Shown: positions 17,501 through 31,047, counted from the first letter of the stretch. The stretch is DNA of 64,000 nucleotides from Eledone cirrhosa (GCA_964016885.1 OZ024742.1:108810001-108874000); one strand, 5' to 3'. The notes: generated by a model not told the origin, from the letters alone. Numbers and translations: made by a program.

Positions 17501-18271
17501 CCCATAGCCTCCATGGATTTCGTCGTAGCCGTCACAATGTTGTCCAACGTGACCATTTAGGTCGCCTGCGATAATTATATAGTCACTGTCGGATATTTGG
17601 GAGGTAGTTAGCATCAGTGTCTCATAGAATCTGTCTTTTATAGTGCCGGGCAGTCCGGATTGGGGTGCGTACGCAGATATTACTGTCACCGTAGTTCTAT
17701 TGAGGACAAGTCTTATTTTAATTATTCTGTCGTTCACTCTATTTACGTCTATTATCTTATCTGCCCACTTTTCTGCTACCATGATTCCTACTCCACCCAG
17801 CCCATCGTCGTTTCCCACCCAGAAAAGCTTATAACATCGTTTTTTACCCTCAATGAACCTAGCAGACCCACCCCTCCACCTGGTCTCTTGAATACAACAA
17901 ACATCGACCTCCTTACGTTCAAGCATTTCTACAACCTCGTTAGCGCGACCCTTTAGGGTGCCTACATTTATGGTACCAACTCTGAAGTTTTGGATTGCGT
18001 TTGGGGGTTGGGGGCGGCGGGGGGCGATGGGGTTATGTTAGCCGTCCGCGGTCGAAACAATGAGGAGTGCTCGCATTCTCGTCCAAGAGGTGAATTTGTC
18101 TTTATCTTTGGCATTGTCGCTGAGCGTCCAGATTTTTCTCTCTCTCACCTCCACTCTCCAGGATTCCGCAGTCCATCCATCCATCATATATCGAAAGGCA
18201 ACCAGGCAAGCGATAGTATAGGCCTCTGGTTTCTGATTGGTCCGCGTAATAATACTGGTGAATACTGGTGA
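14552..18271 (-). mobile_element. Full-length RTE family B LINE (one frameshift near the ORF start)
   Basis: 991-aa ORF 14951-17926 with APE, RT (YADD) and PHD-like finger. The upstream MPK.. start (~18114) is out of frame because of an indel in the C-rich run near 18000-18025. (GAT)n tail at 14552. Confidence 0.96.
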
Positions 18272-18585
18272 TGTGTATATATATATATGTGTATATATAT
18301 ATGTATATATATATGTGTATATGTATATATATATATGTGTATATGTATATATATATATGTGTATATGTATATATATATATGTGTATATGTATATATATAT
18401 ATATGTGTATATGTATATATATATATGTGTATATGTATATATATATATGTGTATATGTATATATATATATGTGTATATGTATATATATATGTGTATATGT
18501 ATATATATATGTGTATATGTATATATATATATATATATATGTGTATATGTATATATATGTGTATATGTATATATATGTGTATATG

Positions 18586-18619
<34 letters not shown>

Positions 18620-18893
18620 TGTGTATATGTATATATATATATATATGTGTATATGTATATATATATATATATGTGTATATGTATATATATATATGTATAT
18701 ATATATGTGTATATATATATATGTGTATATATATATGTGTATATATATATATGTGTGTATATAGATGTGTATATATATATATATGTGTGTATATATATAT
18801 ATATATGTATATATATAGATGTGTATATATATAGATGTGTGTATATAGATGTGTATATATATATATGTGTGTATATAGATGTGTATATATATA
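18272..18893. repeat. (TA)n/(TGTGTATATG) microsatellite tract
   Basis: Direct reading. Confidence 0.97.
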
Positions 18894-20910
18894 CATCAAC
18901 TTGACTGCCATTTCATCACTAGAGATTAAAAAACATAACCTCCAAAACAACATAATGTCCCTCATCAACAATCAGAGAAGAGCTGAAGAGGCCTGGGCCA
19001 TTGAGAAGATCAAACTCAATCCCAAAGTGTTCTTTTCATTTGCAAAAAAACACAAAATCACTGGCTCTACTGTTGGCCCTCTAATTGATGAAAATGGCAC
19101 TCTTCAAGACAATGCTAAAACCATGGGTGAGATACTGCAGAAACAATACTGCTCTGTTTTCAGCAATCCTGATATGGCCGATCTGGGCTGTATCGGCGAT
19201 GTTACTCCCCATTACACCTTATCGGACATAACGTTTGGCGCCCCTGATGTCTTGGCGGCAATAAAGGAAATCAAGCATAATTCAGCAGTAGGTCCCGATA
19301 GGTTCCCTGCTTGTGTCTTGAAGGCGTGTCAACACCAACTTGCATCTCCTCTTGCCAATCTGTGGCGGAACTCACTGGATGCTGGATATGTGCCAGAAAA
19401 CCTTCTATCCCAGTCTGTTGTCCCAGTTTTCAAAAAGGGAAACAAATCCCTTGCCGTGAATTACCGTCCAATCTCACTCACCTCTCATATCATTAAGGTA
19501 TTTGAGAGAGTGATGAAATCGCGAATGACCCACTTCCTTGAGAGTAACAATATGCTGAACTCCAACCAGCATGGATTCCGTAATGGAAGGGATTGCCTGA
19601 CGCAGCTACTGCATCACTTTGATGACATTTTGAGAGCCTTGGGAGAGGGTTCCAACACTGATGTTATCTACCTTGATTTCAGCAAGACCTTTGACAGGGT
19701 TGATCATAACATTCTACTGAGAAAGCTGTCCAATATTGGTGTCACTGGAAAGCTGCTGCAGTGGATCAAGAGCTTCCTGTCAAACAGAACCCAACATGTT
19801 GTAGTTGAGGGAGTCAAATCAAGCCCAGCCAAAGTCAGTAGTGGGGTCCCACAAGGCACTGTGTTGGGCCCACTTCTCTTCATCATCTATATTAATGACA
19901 TCACTGACATCATCAAACACAGCAACATTAAAATTTTCGCTGATGATTCCAAGCTCCAAAAGGTCATCAATGGCGTGGATGACCGGATAAGCCTTCAGTC
20001 AGACCTACTGGCTGTTACCCAATGGGCAGAAAAGAACAACATGTTACTGAACGAAGACAAATTCGAACTGATCCACTTTGGAAAAGAGGATGCTCTGAAA
20101 CTCCCGTACTCCCTTCTCTCCGGGGAAACTCTCGTGGCATCTAACAACATCAGAGACTTGGGAGTAACCGTGGACAGCAACATAAGCTGGACCACGCATA
20201 TAAGCAGCAAAGTTGACATGGCCCGCAGAATGTGTTCCTGGATCCTCAGAACCTTCCAGTCGAGAGATTCCCGCACCATTATCCTTCTCTTCTCTACTTT
20301 TGCCCGACCACACCTTGAATACTGTTGTCCACTGTGGTCTCCCCACACGAAACAAAGTATCATGAAACTTGAAGCTCCTCAAAGGGCAATCACGAAAAAG
20401 ATAGATGGCATGTCAGACCTTGACTACTGGGGTCGATTAGAAAACCTGAAACTTTACTCACTCCAACGTCGCCGTGAGCGTTATATTATCTGCATGATGT
20501 GGAAAATGTTCCATCATCACTGCCCAAATGATGTTGGCATCGCCTTCAAGATACACCCAAGGCTTGGGCCCCGTGCTATCCGTCCCATTCAAAAATCTAA
20601 ATCGCAACTCATAACAACAATACGGCACAATTATTTCACCTCAATCGGCTCTGCTCTCTTCAATATCACACCAGGACACGTCAAAACAGAAACTGACCAC
20701 ACAAAATTCAAGAAGTCTTTGGACAAATTCCTCCAAGTAATCCCGGACAAACCACCCACACCCGGATATGTCTCCGCAAACAGTAATTCTCTTCTCGAAT
20801 GGGCCATGGTGCCCAAATCCTGAATTGAAAGACTTCGCCAGGTGGTGCTATTAAGTTAGACATGGCCTGGGCCAATACTGGCCAAAACATTTCAAAGTTA
20901 TTCAAAGTTA
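18894..20910 (+). mobile_element. 5'-truncated CR1-group LINE with an uninterrupted RT frame
   Basis: Open frame to 20823: NYRPISLTS, QHGFR, YLDFSKTFDRV, GVPQGTVLGPLLF, FADDSKL, RDLGV, HLEYCCPLWSP. The 3' end has the repeat TTCAAAGTTA x2. Confidence 0.92.
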
Positions 20911-21939
<1,029 letters not shown>

Positions 21940-24900
21940 ATCATCATCAGCATCATCATCATCATCATCAACGTTTAACGTCCGTGTTCCACGCTTGCAT
22001 GGGTTTGGACGGGGGTAGTCCCACTTGAGGCAAGAGTGATTGTCTTGCTCGCATAGGACTGTCTGGCAGGTTTTCTACAGTTGGATGCCCTTCCTAACAC
22101 CAACCACATTTACAGTGTGGGTCTGGGAGGTTTTTACCGTGTTGCCTACACGGCCACATTACAGCGTGGACTGTGTGTTTTTTTGTCGTGACACCTACAC
22201 GATCTCATTTGTTTCGGCCTGGATGGCGCGGCACCAACATAACTTTACATAGAACGGGGTGGTGTGGATGGGGTGGGGGTGGTGGCGGGACGGGGTGTAT
22301 TTTGTTAGAGATGCCTACTGGCAAGGCGGGTCTTCTCTGTTACTGAGTACCGCCAAAGGTCTCGGTCCAGTGACATTGTCTTGGAGAGGTGTAAGTGTGT
22401 GAGGTCGGAGTTTATCAGCTCATCCCATGTTTTTCTAGGTCTGCCTATTCCGTGGCTACCGTCTATCTTTATTGCCCTGCACTTTGTTATACAGCTATCG
22501 ACTTTCATGCGCATCACGTGTCCATACCAACGCAGCCTTCTCTCGAGTAAACAACATCTGATCCCTCTTATCTCTAATTTTTTCCTTAGTTCGTTTATGC
22601 TTTGCCGTTCACGTATATTACTGTTACACATCCAGCGGAGCATGCAAGCTTCGTTCCTCTCTAGTCTGCGTATATCCTCTGCACACAATGCCCAAGTCTC
22701 ACTACCATGCAACATTGCTGTTCGTATGCAGGCATCGTACAACCTGCCTTTCATTTTTAGGGAGAACCCTTTAGCAGCTAATAGTGGTATAAGCTCTCTG
22801 AACTTTTTCCAACCAGTTCTGACTCTAGCTACAGTACTTTCAGAGCACCCTCCCCCACTGCTGATTTTATCGCCCAGGTAACGGAAGCTGTCCACTATTT
22901 CTATAGAACCCTCTGCGCAATTGAAAGAGCTAGTATTTTGTGGGCACTTGCTGCTACTTATTGCACCAGAACACCGGCCACATGTAAAATCTATGTTCTT
23001 AGTTAGCTTACCTGTGATCCCACTACATCTTTTATGCACCCATACTTTGCATTTAGGACATAAAATGGAGTTTCTACCTACGCCTTTCCTACACACCGAG
23101 CACGACCATTTCCCAGAAGGGACCGCCGCCTTGTTTTCTTTCCTACAAACTAGAACTTTGGTCTTAGCCAGGTTAATTTTAAGTCCTTTTGACTCTAGGC
23201 CGTGCTTCCATGTTTGGAATTTCTTCTCTAGCTCGGCCATTGATTCCGCTATGAGTGTCAGGTCGTCTGCGTATAGGAGTTCCCATGGGCAGCCTGTCTT
23301 GAACTCCTCTGTTATAGCCTGAAGGGCAATAATAAATAGTAGGGGGCTGAGAACAGAGCCCTGATGGACGCCAACTTTTACGCTAAACTCTTCACTATAT
23401 TCGTTGTTAATTCTAACCTTGCTGACTGTTTCTTTATACATGGCTTGTATAGCCCTCACAAGCCATTCGTCAACGCCTAGTTTTCTAAGAGCCCACCAGA
23501 TAATGGAGCGGGGGACTCTGTCGAAGGCTTTCTCCAGGTCGACAAAAGCTAAGTAGAGGGGTCTACCTTTAGCTAGGTACTTCTCCTGTAGTTGTCGTAC
23601 TATGAAAAGGGCGTCTATGTTGCTTTTGCCTGACACAAACCCGAACTGCATTTCATCTCGGTCAATTCTCTCTCTGATTAGTTGCGCTATTACTTTTTCC
23701 GTGACCTTCATGACCTGGTCGATTAATTTAATGCCTCTATAGTTACTCCTATCTAGGGCGTCTCCTTTACCCTTATAACAGTTAACGATGATGCTGCTAT
23801 GCCAGTCCTTCGGAACAACCCCATTCTGTACGACTTGGTTAACTATGCGGGTGACCATGGTGTGTCCCACCGTGCCAGATGCCTTCAGCATCTCAGCAAC
23901 TATTTCCGAAGGCCCAGCCGCCTTACCCGTCTTCATATCCTTGATTGCCTTACTTATTATACTCCCCTCGACTAACACTGCTGGTCCCTCTATCGGGTCG
24001 ATATGGGGGAGACTGTCTTTCTCCCATTTATTCTCCTCATTTTGTAGCCTTTCATAGTGACACTTCCAAGCTACCTTCTTATCAGTGTCGGTGATGGCAA
24101 GTATGCCATCATCGTTAAGTACACACTTCTCCCCGACAATATCACGGTTTTCCTTGACGCATTGCCTGGCAATCCTGAACACCTCACGTTTTTGGTCATC
24201 GCGTTGTAGAACATGCTTGAACTTTCTTTCCTCAGCTTCCCTTCTTGCTAAGTACACTTCTCTCCTAGCTTCCCTCCTGGCCACTTGATAGTCTACTCTA
24301 CTTCCCCCATCCCGCCATACTTTCCAAGCCTGCTTTTTGGCCTTAATTGACCCCTCCACCCTACTGTTCCACCACCAAGTTACTCTCCTCCTGCCTACAG
24401 GCCTGCTCCAGCCACAGACTTCGTCTGTCGCCAACAGCAGGTTTGCTTTCAGAAATTCCCACTGTCCCTCTATATTGTCCCATTCTAGATGCTCTTCCTT
24501 ACTGTCGAAAGCATCAAGTAATATGCTTTGAAATTTATTTCTGGCTGTGGGGTCCTTTACTTTCCATATTTTCCTCCTGAGGATAGTCCTCTTCTGCTGT
24601 CGAGTACGTCTCGTCCTGACTATGAGGTCGCTAATTATCAGTCTATGTTGGGAGGTGCATTCTTCATGGGGGAGGGATTTAGTGTTTACAACAGACACTC
24701 TGTCACGTCTTCTGGTAAGGATATAATCTACCTGGCTTGTGTGTTCCCCTGATCTATAGGTGATCAGGTGATTGTCACGTTTTTTGAAGTTAGTGTTACA
24801 GATAGTTAGGTTATTTGCATCACAGAATTCCCGGATTCTGGAGCCTCCCTCATTTCTAGTACCAAACCCATAGCCTCCATGGATTTCGTCGTAGCCGTCA

Positions 24901-25737
24901 CAATGTTGTCCAACGTGACCATTTAGGTCGCCTGCAATAATTATATAGTCACTGTCAAATTTTTGGGAGGTAGTTAGCAACAGTGTCTCATAGAATCTGT
25001 CTTTTATAGTGCCGGGCAGTCCAGATTGGGGTGCGTACGCAGATATTACTGTCACCGTAGTTTTATTGAGGACAAGTCTTATTTTAATTATTCTGTCGTT
25101 CACTCTATTTACGTCTATTATCTTATCTGCCCACTTTTCTGCTACCATGATTCCTACTCCACCCAGCCCATCGTCGTTTCCCACCCAGAAAAGCTTATAA
25201 CATCGTTTTTTACCCTCAATGAATCTAGCAGACCCACCCCTCCACCTGGTCTCTTGAATACAACAAACATCGACCTCCTTACGTTCAAGCATTTCTACAA
25301 CCTCGTTAGCGCGACCCTTTAGGGTGCCCACATTTATGGTACCGACTCTGAAGTTTTGGGTTGCGTTTGGAGGGTGGGGGTGGTGGGGGGCGGGGGGAGA
25401 TAGGGTTACGTTAGCCATCCGCGGACGAAACAAAGAGGAGTGCTCGCATTCTCGTCCACGAGGTGAATTTGACTTTAACTTTGGCATTTTCGCTCTGAGC
25501 GTCCAGATTTTTCTCTCCCTTCCACTCTCCAGGATTCCGCAGTCCATCCATCCATCCATCCATCATATATCGAAGGCAACCGGGCAAGCGATAGTATAGG
25601 CCTCTGGCTTATGATTGGTCCGCGTAATAATAATAATAATAATAATGGTGATGCGTGGTGGTGGGGGGGGGGCTCTGGCTTATAATAATAATGGTGATGC
25701 GGGGGGGGGGGCTCTGGCTTATGATTGGTCCACGTAT
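21940..25737 (-). mobile_element. Full-length, ORF-intact RTE family B LINE
   Basis: Continuous ORF 22305-25559, short 5' UTR with repeated 5' end, 3' UTR and (GAT)n tail. Confidence 0.97.
22305..25559 (-). CDS. RTE LINE polyprotein: APE endonuclease, reverse transcriptase, PHD-like C4HC3 finger, RTE C-terminal region (up to 1084 aa)
   Basis: GTINVGTL, IQETRW, AGDLNGH, SQHRLI; [29 protein letters not shown]; CSVC..CPKC..VHKRC..CGRC; FRYLG, GRPRKTW. The true start Met is uncertain. Confidence 0.93.
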   Translation of the reverse strand: MDGWMDCGILESGRERKIWTLRAKMPKLKSNSPRGRECEHSSLFRPRMANVTLSPPAPHHPHPPNATQNFRVGTINVGTLKGRANEVVEMLERKEVDVCCIQETRWRGGSARFIEGKKRCYKLFWVGNDDGLGGVGIMVAEKWADKIIDVNRVNDRIIKIRLVLNKTTVTVISAYAPQSGLPGTIKDRFYETLLLTTSQKFDSDYIIIAGDLNGHVGQHCDGYDEIHGGYGFGTRNEGGSRIREFCDANNLTICNTNFKKRDNHLITYRSGEHTSQVDYILTRRRDRVSVVNTKSLPHEECTSQHRLIISDLIVRTRRTRQQKRTILRRKIWKVKDPTARNKFQSILLDAFDSKEEHLEWDNIEGQWEFLKANLLLATDEVCGWSRPVGRRRVTWWWNSRVEGSIKAKKQAWKVWRDGGSRVDYQVARREARREVYLARREAEERKFKHVLQRDDQKREVFRIARQCVKENRDIVGEKCVLNDDGILAITDTDKKVAWKCHYERLQNEENKWEKDSLPHIDPIEGPAVLVEGSIISKAIKDMKTGKAAGPSEIVAEMLKASGTVGHTMVTRIVNQVVQNGVVPKDWHSSIIVNCYKGKGDALDRSNYRGIKLIDQVMKVTEKVIAQLIRERIDRDEMQFGFVSGKSNIDALFIVRQLQEKYLAKGRPLYLAFVDLEKAFDRVPRSIIWWALRKLGVDEWLVRAIQAMYKETVSKVRINNEYSEEFSVKVGVHQGSVLSPLLFIIALQAITEEFKTGCPWELLYADDLTLIAESMAELEKKFQTWKHGLESKGLKINLAKTKVLVCRKENKAAVPSGKWSCSVCRKGVGRNSILCPKCKVWVHKRCSGITGKLTKNIDFTCGRCSGAISSSKCPQNTSSFNCAEGSIEIVDSFRYLGDKISSGGGCSESTVARVRTGWKKFRELIPLLAAKGFSLKMKGRLYDACIRTAMLHGSETWALCAEDIRRLERNEACMLRWMCNSNIRERQSINELRKKLEIRGIRCCLLERRLRWYGHVMRMKVDSCITKCRAIKIDGSHGIGRPRKTWDELINSDLTHLHLSKTMSLDRDLWRYSVTEKTRLASRHL

Positions 25738-26451
25738 TAAGTATGGTGGTGTGTGGGGGCGGGTGGGAGGGGTGTGGGGTAGCTAGCTGGAAGGTTATGA
25801 ATGTTTAACAAGCGATTTAACAAAAAGCAAAACTGCAAGATTTGTTCTGTTCAATACGACAAAAACACCGTATTTAAACCTTAAATAGATAACAAAAGAT
25901 ACAGATTTCGGATTTTGCGAGATTGGATGTTTGGACTATGTACGAAAATTGAGCGTGGAATAGATGGAGGAGAAAAATTTGTACTTTACGATTTACATGA
26001 GTACACCGTAGTAGGAAATAATTGAAGCAGCGGTGGATTGGCGAAAGTGAATAAACATGAAGGAGAACTTATCTTATATATATATATGTGTGTGTGTGTG
26101 TCTAAGAGAGAGAGAGAGAGGGGAAGAAAGAGAGGGGGGAAGGGGGAGAGAGATTGTGGCTGACCGCAGCCCCTCGTGGAGGGTGAAGGGGTAGAGCGGT
26201 TTTTTTGACTTTCAAGTAGCATAATATATATATATTTAAAGTAATTTATAAGAAGTAGAATGGGAAGGATTTTGTTTTTTGTTTGAGAATACGATAGAAT
26301 TAAGGAATTGGACGATACGATAGAATTAAGAATGGGAAGGATTTTGTTTTTTTTTGTTTGGGGATACGATAGAATTAAGGAATTGGAGAATACGATAGAA
26401 TTAATTGAATTGATGATATATATATATGTATATATATGTGTATATGTATAT

Positions 26452-26499
<48 letters not shown>

Positions 26500-26527
26500 G
26501 TATATATATATGTGTATATATATATAT

Positions 26528-26587
<60 letters not shown>

Positions 26588-26686
26588 ATATGTGTATATA
26601 TATATATGTGTATATATATATATATGTGTATATATATATATATGTGTATATGTATATATATATGTGTATATGTATATATATATGTG

Positions 26687-26762
<76 letters not shown>

Positions 26763-26824
26763 TATGTGTATATATATATATGTGTATATATATATATGTG
26801 TATATGTATATATATTTGTATATG

Positions 26825-26855
<31 letters not shown>

Positions 26856-26880
26856 GTATATGTATATATATATATATGTG

Positions 26881-27994
26881 TCATCATCATCATCAACGTT
26901 AACGTCCGTGTTCCACGCTTGCATGGGTTTGGACGGGGGTTTTCCCACTTGAGGCAAGAGTGATTATCTTGCTCGCATAGGACTATCTGGCGGGTTTTCT
27001 ACAGCTGGATGCCCTTCCTAACACCAACCACATTTACAGTGTGGGGCTGGGAGGTTTTTACTGTGTTGCCTACACGGCCACATTACAGCGTGGACTGTGT
27101 GTTTTTTTGTTGTGACACCTACGCGATCTCATTTGTTTCGCCCTGGATGTTGTGGCACCAACATAACTTTACATTGAAAGGGGCGGTGTGGATGTGGTGG
27201 TGGTGGTGGTGGTGGTGGGGGGGGGGGGGGTATATTTTGTTAGAGATGCCTACTGACTGTAGTAGGTTTTACTTTGTATTTAGGTAAGGCGGGTCTTCTC
27301 TATTACTGAGTACCGCCAAAGGTCTCGGTCCAGTGACATTGTCTTGGAGAGGTGTAAGTGTGTGAGGTCGGAATTTATCAGCTCGTCCCAGGTTTTTCTG
27401 GGTCTGCCTATTCCGTGGCTACCGTCTATCTTTATTGCCCTGCACTTTGTTATACAGCTATCGTCTTTCATGCGCATCACGTGACCATACCAACGTAGCC
27501 TTCTCTCGAGTAAACAACATCTGATCCCTCTTATTTCTAATTTTTTCCTTAGTTCGTTTATGCTTTGCCGTTCACGTATATTACTATTACACATCCAGCG
27601 GAGCATGCAAGCTTCGTTCCTCTCTAGTCTGCGTATATCCTCTGCACACAGTGCCCAGGTCTCACTGCCATGCAACATTGCTGTTCGTATGCAGGCATCA
27701 TACAACCTGCCTTTCATTTTTAGGGAGAACCCTTTAGCGGCTAATAGTGGTATAAGCTCTCTGAACTTTTTCCATCCAGTTCTGACAATAGCTACTGTAC
27801 TTTCAGAGCACCCTCCCCCACTGCTGATTTTGTCACCCAGGTAACGGAAGCTGTCCACTATTTCTATAGAACCCTCTGCGCAGTTGAAAGAGGTAGTATT
27901 TTGTGGACACTTGCTGCTACTTATTGCACCAGAGCACCGGCCACATGTAAAATCTATGTTCTTAGTTAGCTTACCTGTGATCCCACTACATCTT
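26881..27994 (-). mobile_element. 5'-truncated RTE family B copy
   Basis: ORF remnant 27280-27858, 3' UTR and tail, flanked by (TA)n on both sides. Confidence 0.95.
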
Positions 27995-28034
27995 ATATAT
28001 ATATATATATGTATATATATACATATATATATCT

Positions 28035-28269
28035 TTTAATCTACTCTCTCACAACCACTAGCAGTTTCTCTCTCCCTATTCATGAAGGTACCCGGAAAAA
28101 CTCCATATCTCGGGAACCCGTGATCCGATTTACGTGAAACTTGTTTTATTCCATTTGTATTCCCATTTCAGAGGCAACTTCTGTTCAAAGTATTTTCCCG
28201 TAATGCGTCGTTTTGGCTGTATTGAATTACAACAAGCACACAAGCACAGAGTTTTAATAGTATATAGAT
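28035..28269 (-). mobile_element. 5' part of a Helitron-like non-autonomous element (the rest may be 25790-26410)
   Basis: Minus-strand start A|TCTATATACTATTAAAAC. Internal TATCTCGGGAACCCGTGATCCGATTTACGTGAAACTT resembles DINE/Helitron cores. Confidence 0.45.
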
Positions 28270-28458
28270 AGATAGATCATTTATTTCCTGGAGTCAAAAT
28301 GTTCATGATACTGTCTCAGACCTAATCAATGTTAGTAGAACTGTCTGAGACCAGACTCCTGGAAATAAATGATATTTATAAAGTCAAGTTAAGTCTTTGT
28401 TTGTTTTTATATGACTATAATGAATCTTACATACAGTAATTTTTTTATATTTTTGTAG

Positions 28459-28563
28459 ATCTTTATAAATAATGAATTTGTGGACTCAGTCAGTGGTAAA
28501 ACATTTCCCACATTGAACCCTGCCAATGAAGATGTCATTTGTGAAGTTTCTGAAGGAGATAAG
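28459..28563 (+). CDS. ALDH2: ALDH exon ([35 protein letters not shown]), 105 nt
   Basis: tttgtag|ATC ... AAG|gtaggt. Confidence 0.95.
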
Positions 28564-31006
28564 GTAGGTCAATATTTAAGCTCTTTCTTAACTATGCCTC
28601 TGTTTCTCATTTCCATCATAATCTTTAGGTTATATTTCAAACACCAGGTTAATGAGAATGTTAGTTATTTTTATTTTTCTAAATCACTCCAAATTCTTGC
28701 TTATTTTCAAAATTATTTGAAAAATCATAGACAGTGTTTATATTTATCCCCAAATTGTCCATCATAATTTTATGTAAAAATCTTCAAATTATGTTTCAAA
28801 CACAAGGGGAATAATGAAAAAGATAGTTATTTTACTAAATCTCTCCAAATCCTTGAACATTTTCAAAATTATTTGAAAATCATAGACAATGTTTTTCATC
28901 AGAAATCTGGTAATGAAAAAGGCTGTTTTTCCTATTTATATTTTCAGGCAGATATTGACAAGGCAGTGGCTGCCGCCAAAGATGCCTTCCGACTTGGGTC
29001 TCCATGGCGAAGAATGGATGCATCTGACCGTGGGAACCTGATGTACAAACTGGCAGATTTAATTGAAAGAGACAAAAGTTACATTGCAGTAAGTAAGCTA
29101 TTAGTTGTTCTACTGATATAAACTAGACATGCAGGGATAGATTGCATGGGGCACCTAGCTGAAAATTTCATCAGATCCCTATTGCATTATTTATGATAAT
29201 AAAAAAAAATTAATTTGGGGTCTTGCATATTAGTTATGATAGCAAAAAATTTGGGGCCCTTCAAATATTGTGGGGCCAATGGCTACAACCCTGTCGCCCC
29301 TTCCTCCGAATCAACCCCTTTAGATTTTTCATATTTTTCGAAAGATAAAATGCAACTTTATTTTGAAGGAAAAAAGTCATCAGCTCTGCTTTTACATACA
29401 TGGCTTATATATAGTGTATTATTATTGATGTATAAGGCAGTGGATTGGCACTTTGCAGCATAGTTACAGTCCTTTACAGTCTGAGTTCAAATCCTACCGA
29501 GGTTAACTTTGCCTTTCATCCTTACGGGGTCGATAAAATAAAGTACCAGTAATGCACTGGGATAATTGCTGGCCTTGTGCCAAAAGAAACAATTATTATT
29601 GATGTATAGAGTGTAGGTAGACTTTGAGAGCTCTATATATGGCTTGTGTATATTATCATCATCATCATCATTTTACGTCCGCTTTTCCCTGCTTGCAAGG
29701 GTGGGACAAATGATACATTATATGTATCATTATCATTTAACATCTGTTTTCCATGCTAGCAAGGGTTGGACAGGTAGTCACAGACCAAGTCTACTTAATC
29801 AGAGTTACTGACCTCTTAGATGGATTGGATGCCGCATCTCACTAACATACATTCCAGCACTTTACAGAGTCTACTGGGTGCATTTTATCATAAGATCAAC
29901 ACAACTGAAGAGTTTTCTCAAATTTATGTTTGGCAGATTTGATTTTTCGTTCCACCATGCCAAATGTTGAGAAAGAGATGAGAGAGGAGAAAAGAGCATG
30001 TGTGTGTGTGTGTGTGTCTGTCTGTCTGTCTAATTGATCTTCATATTGACAACATAAAACATGTGGTATCATTTATGTATTATAGTATTTTTATTTCCTT
30101 CATCCTGACCCTACCAATATTTTATCCTTTTTGCCTTTAAATTTTTTTCTAATTATTCTATGGGATATAATTTTTTTCAATTTATTTTTCTGTATTTAAT
30201 TTTTTACTCTCCTTAGTCTTTGGAAACTCTTGACAATGGCAAAACCTACACTCAGTCATTTCTGGTGGATCTTACTGCCGTCATTAATACTTACCGGTAA
30301 GAATTTTCTGAAAGTGTTGTTACCCTTCTATTACTATATCTTTATGAAAGAGACACTGCATATGACTTGAAAATAATCAAGTCTTTCAAGGGAAATATAA
30401 CTAAATTCTCATTATTAAGGTTTTTAAAGGAATATAGATACTTTGCTCCATTCATTACCATATTTCTAATGAAAGACTCTGCCCATGATTTTAAAATCAT
30501 TTAAAAAAATATAACTATGAGTAACTATACGGTTACAGCTGAAAAACAGTGAGAATATGTGCATATTTATTATATGTAATTATATTGCATATGGATTGAT
30601 ATATAATTCTAAACTCTACCATACTGTGTTAGTGCTACTGTTGATATATATATATTTCATTGAGATCCTGTTTCTATTTGTACTCTTGAAGAAGGGCTTA
30701 AGCCCGACACGTCAAACTTTCTTTCATCTTTCCAATATTGTTATGTCCTTATGAATAAACAAATACACTGCAACAGTGTAATAACAATATAATTGAAACA
30801 AACAGCAATAACCACATGTAACAGAACAACAATCTAACACGCTAACTCGAACTGTGAACTAGTACCAACTTGCCCACTTACTCAGGCCGCTACTTTATAT
30901 GTAGTGGTCCACCCCATTCTCGCCAGGGAGTTGTCGTACTCTCGTGCAACAAATATAAAGCATGAAACTAATATGACTTTTTGTACCTCTGTTTGTTGTC
31001 TCCTTG

Positions 31007-31047
<41 letters not shown>

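Noticed and set aside
15141-17956. Recurrent antisense ORFs over the RTE copies
   Set aside because: Shadow frames of the LINE ORF, repeated only because the element is repeated.
18835-18893. Met start of the 662-aa ORF
   Set aside because: The start lies in the microsatellite. The LINE is 5'-truncated and lacks its endonuclease.
26257-26403. ~73-bp tandem duplication
   Set aside because: Ordinary local duplication inside repeat-derived sequence, with no further structure.
25740-28458. ALDH first exon or promoter
   Set aside because: No convincing ATG-bearing exon with a phase-0 donor, and the region is repeat-derived. Exon 1 is probably upstream of the window or in the gap.
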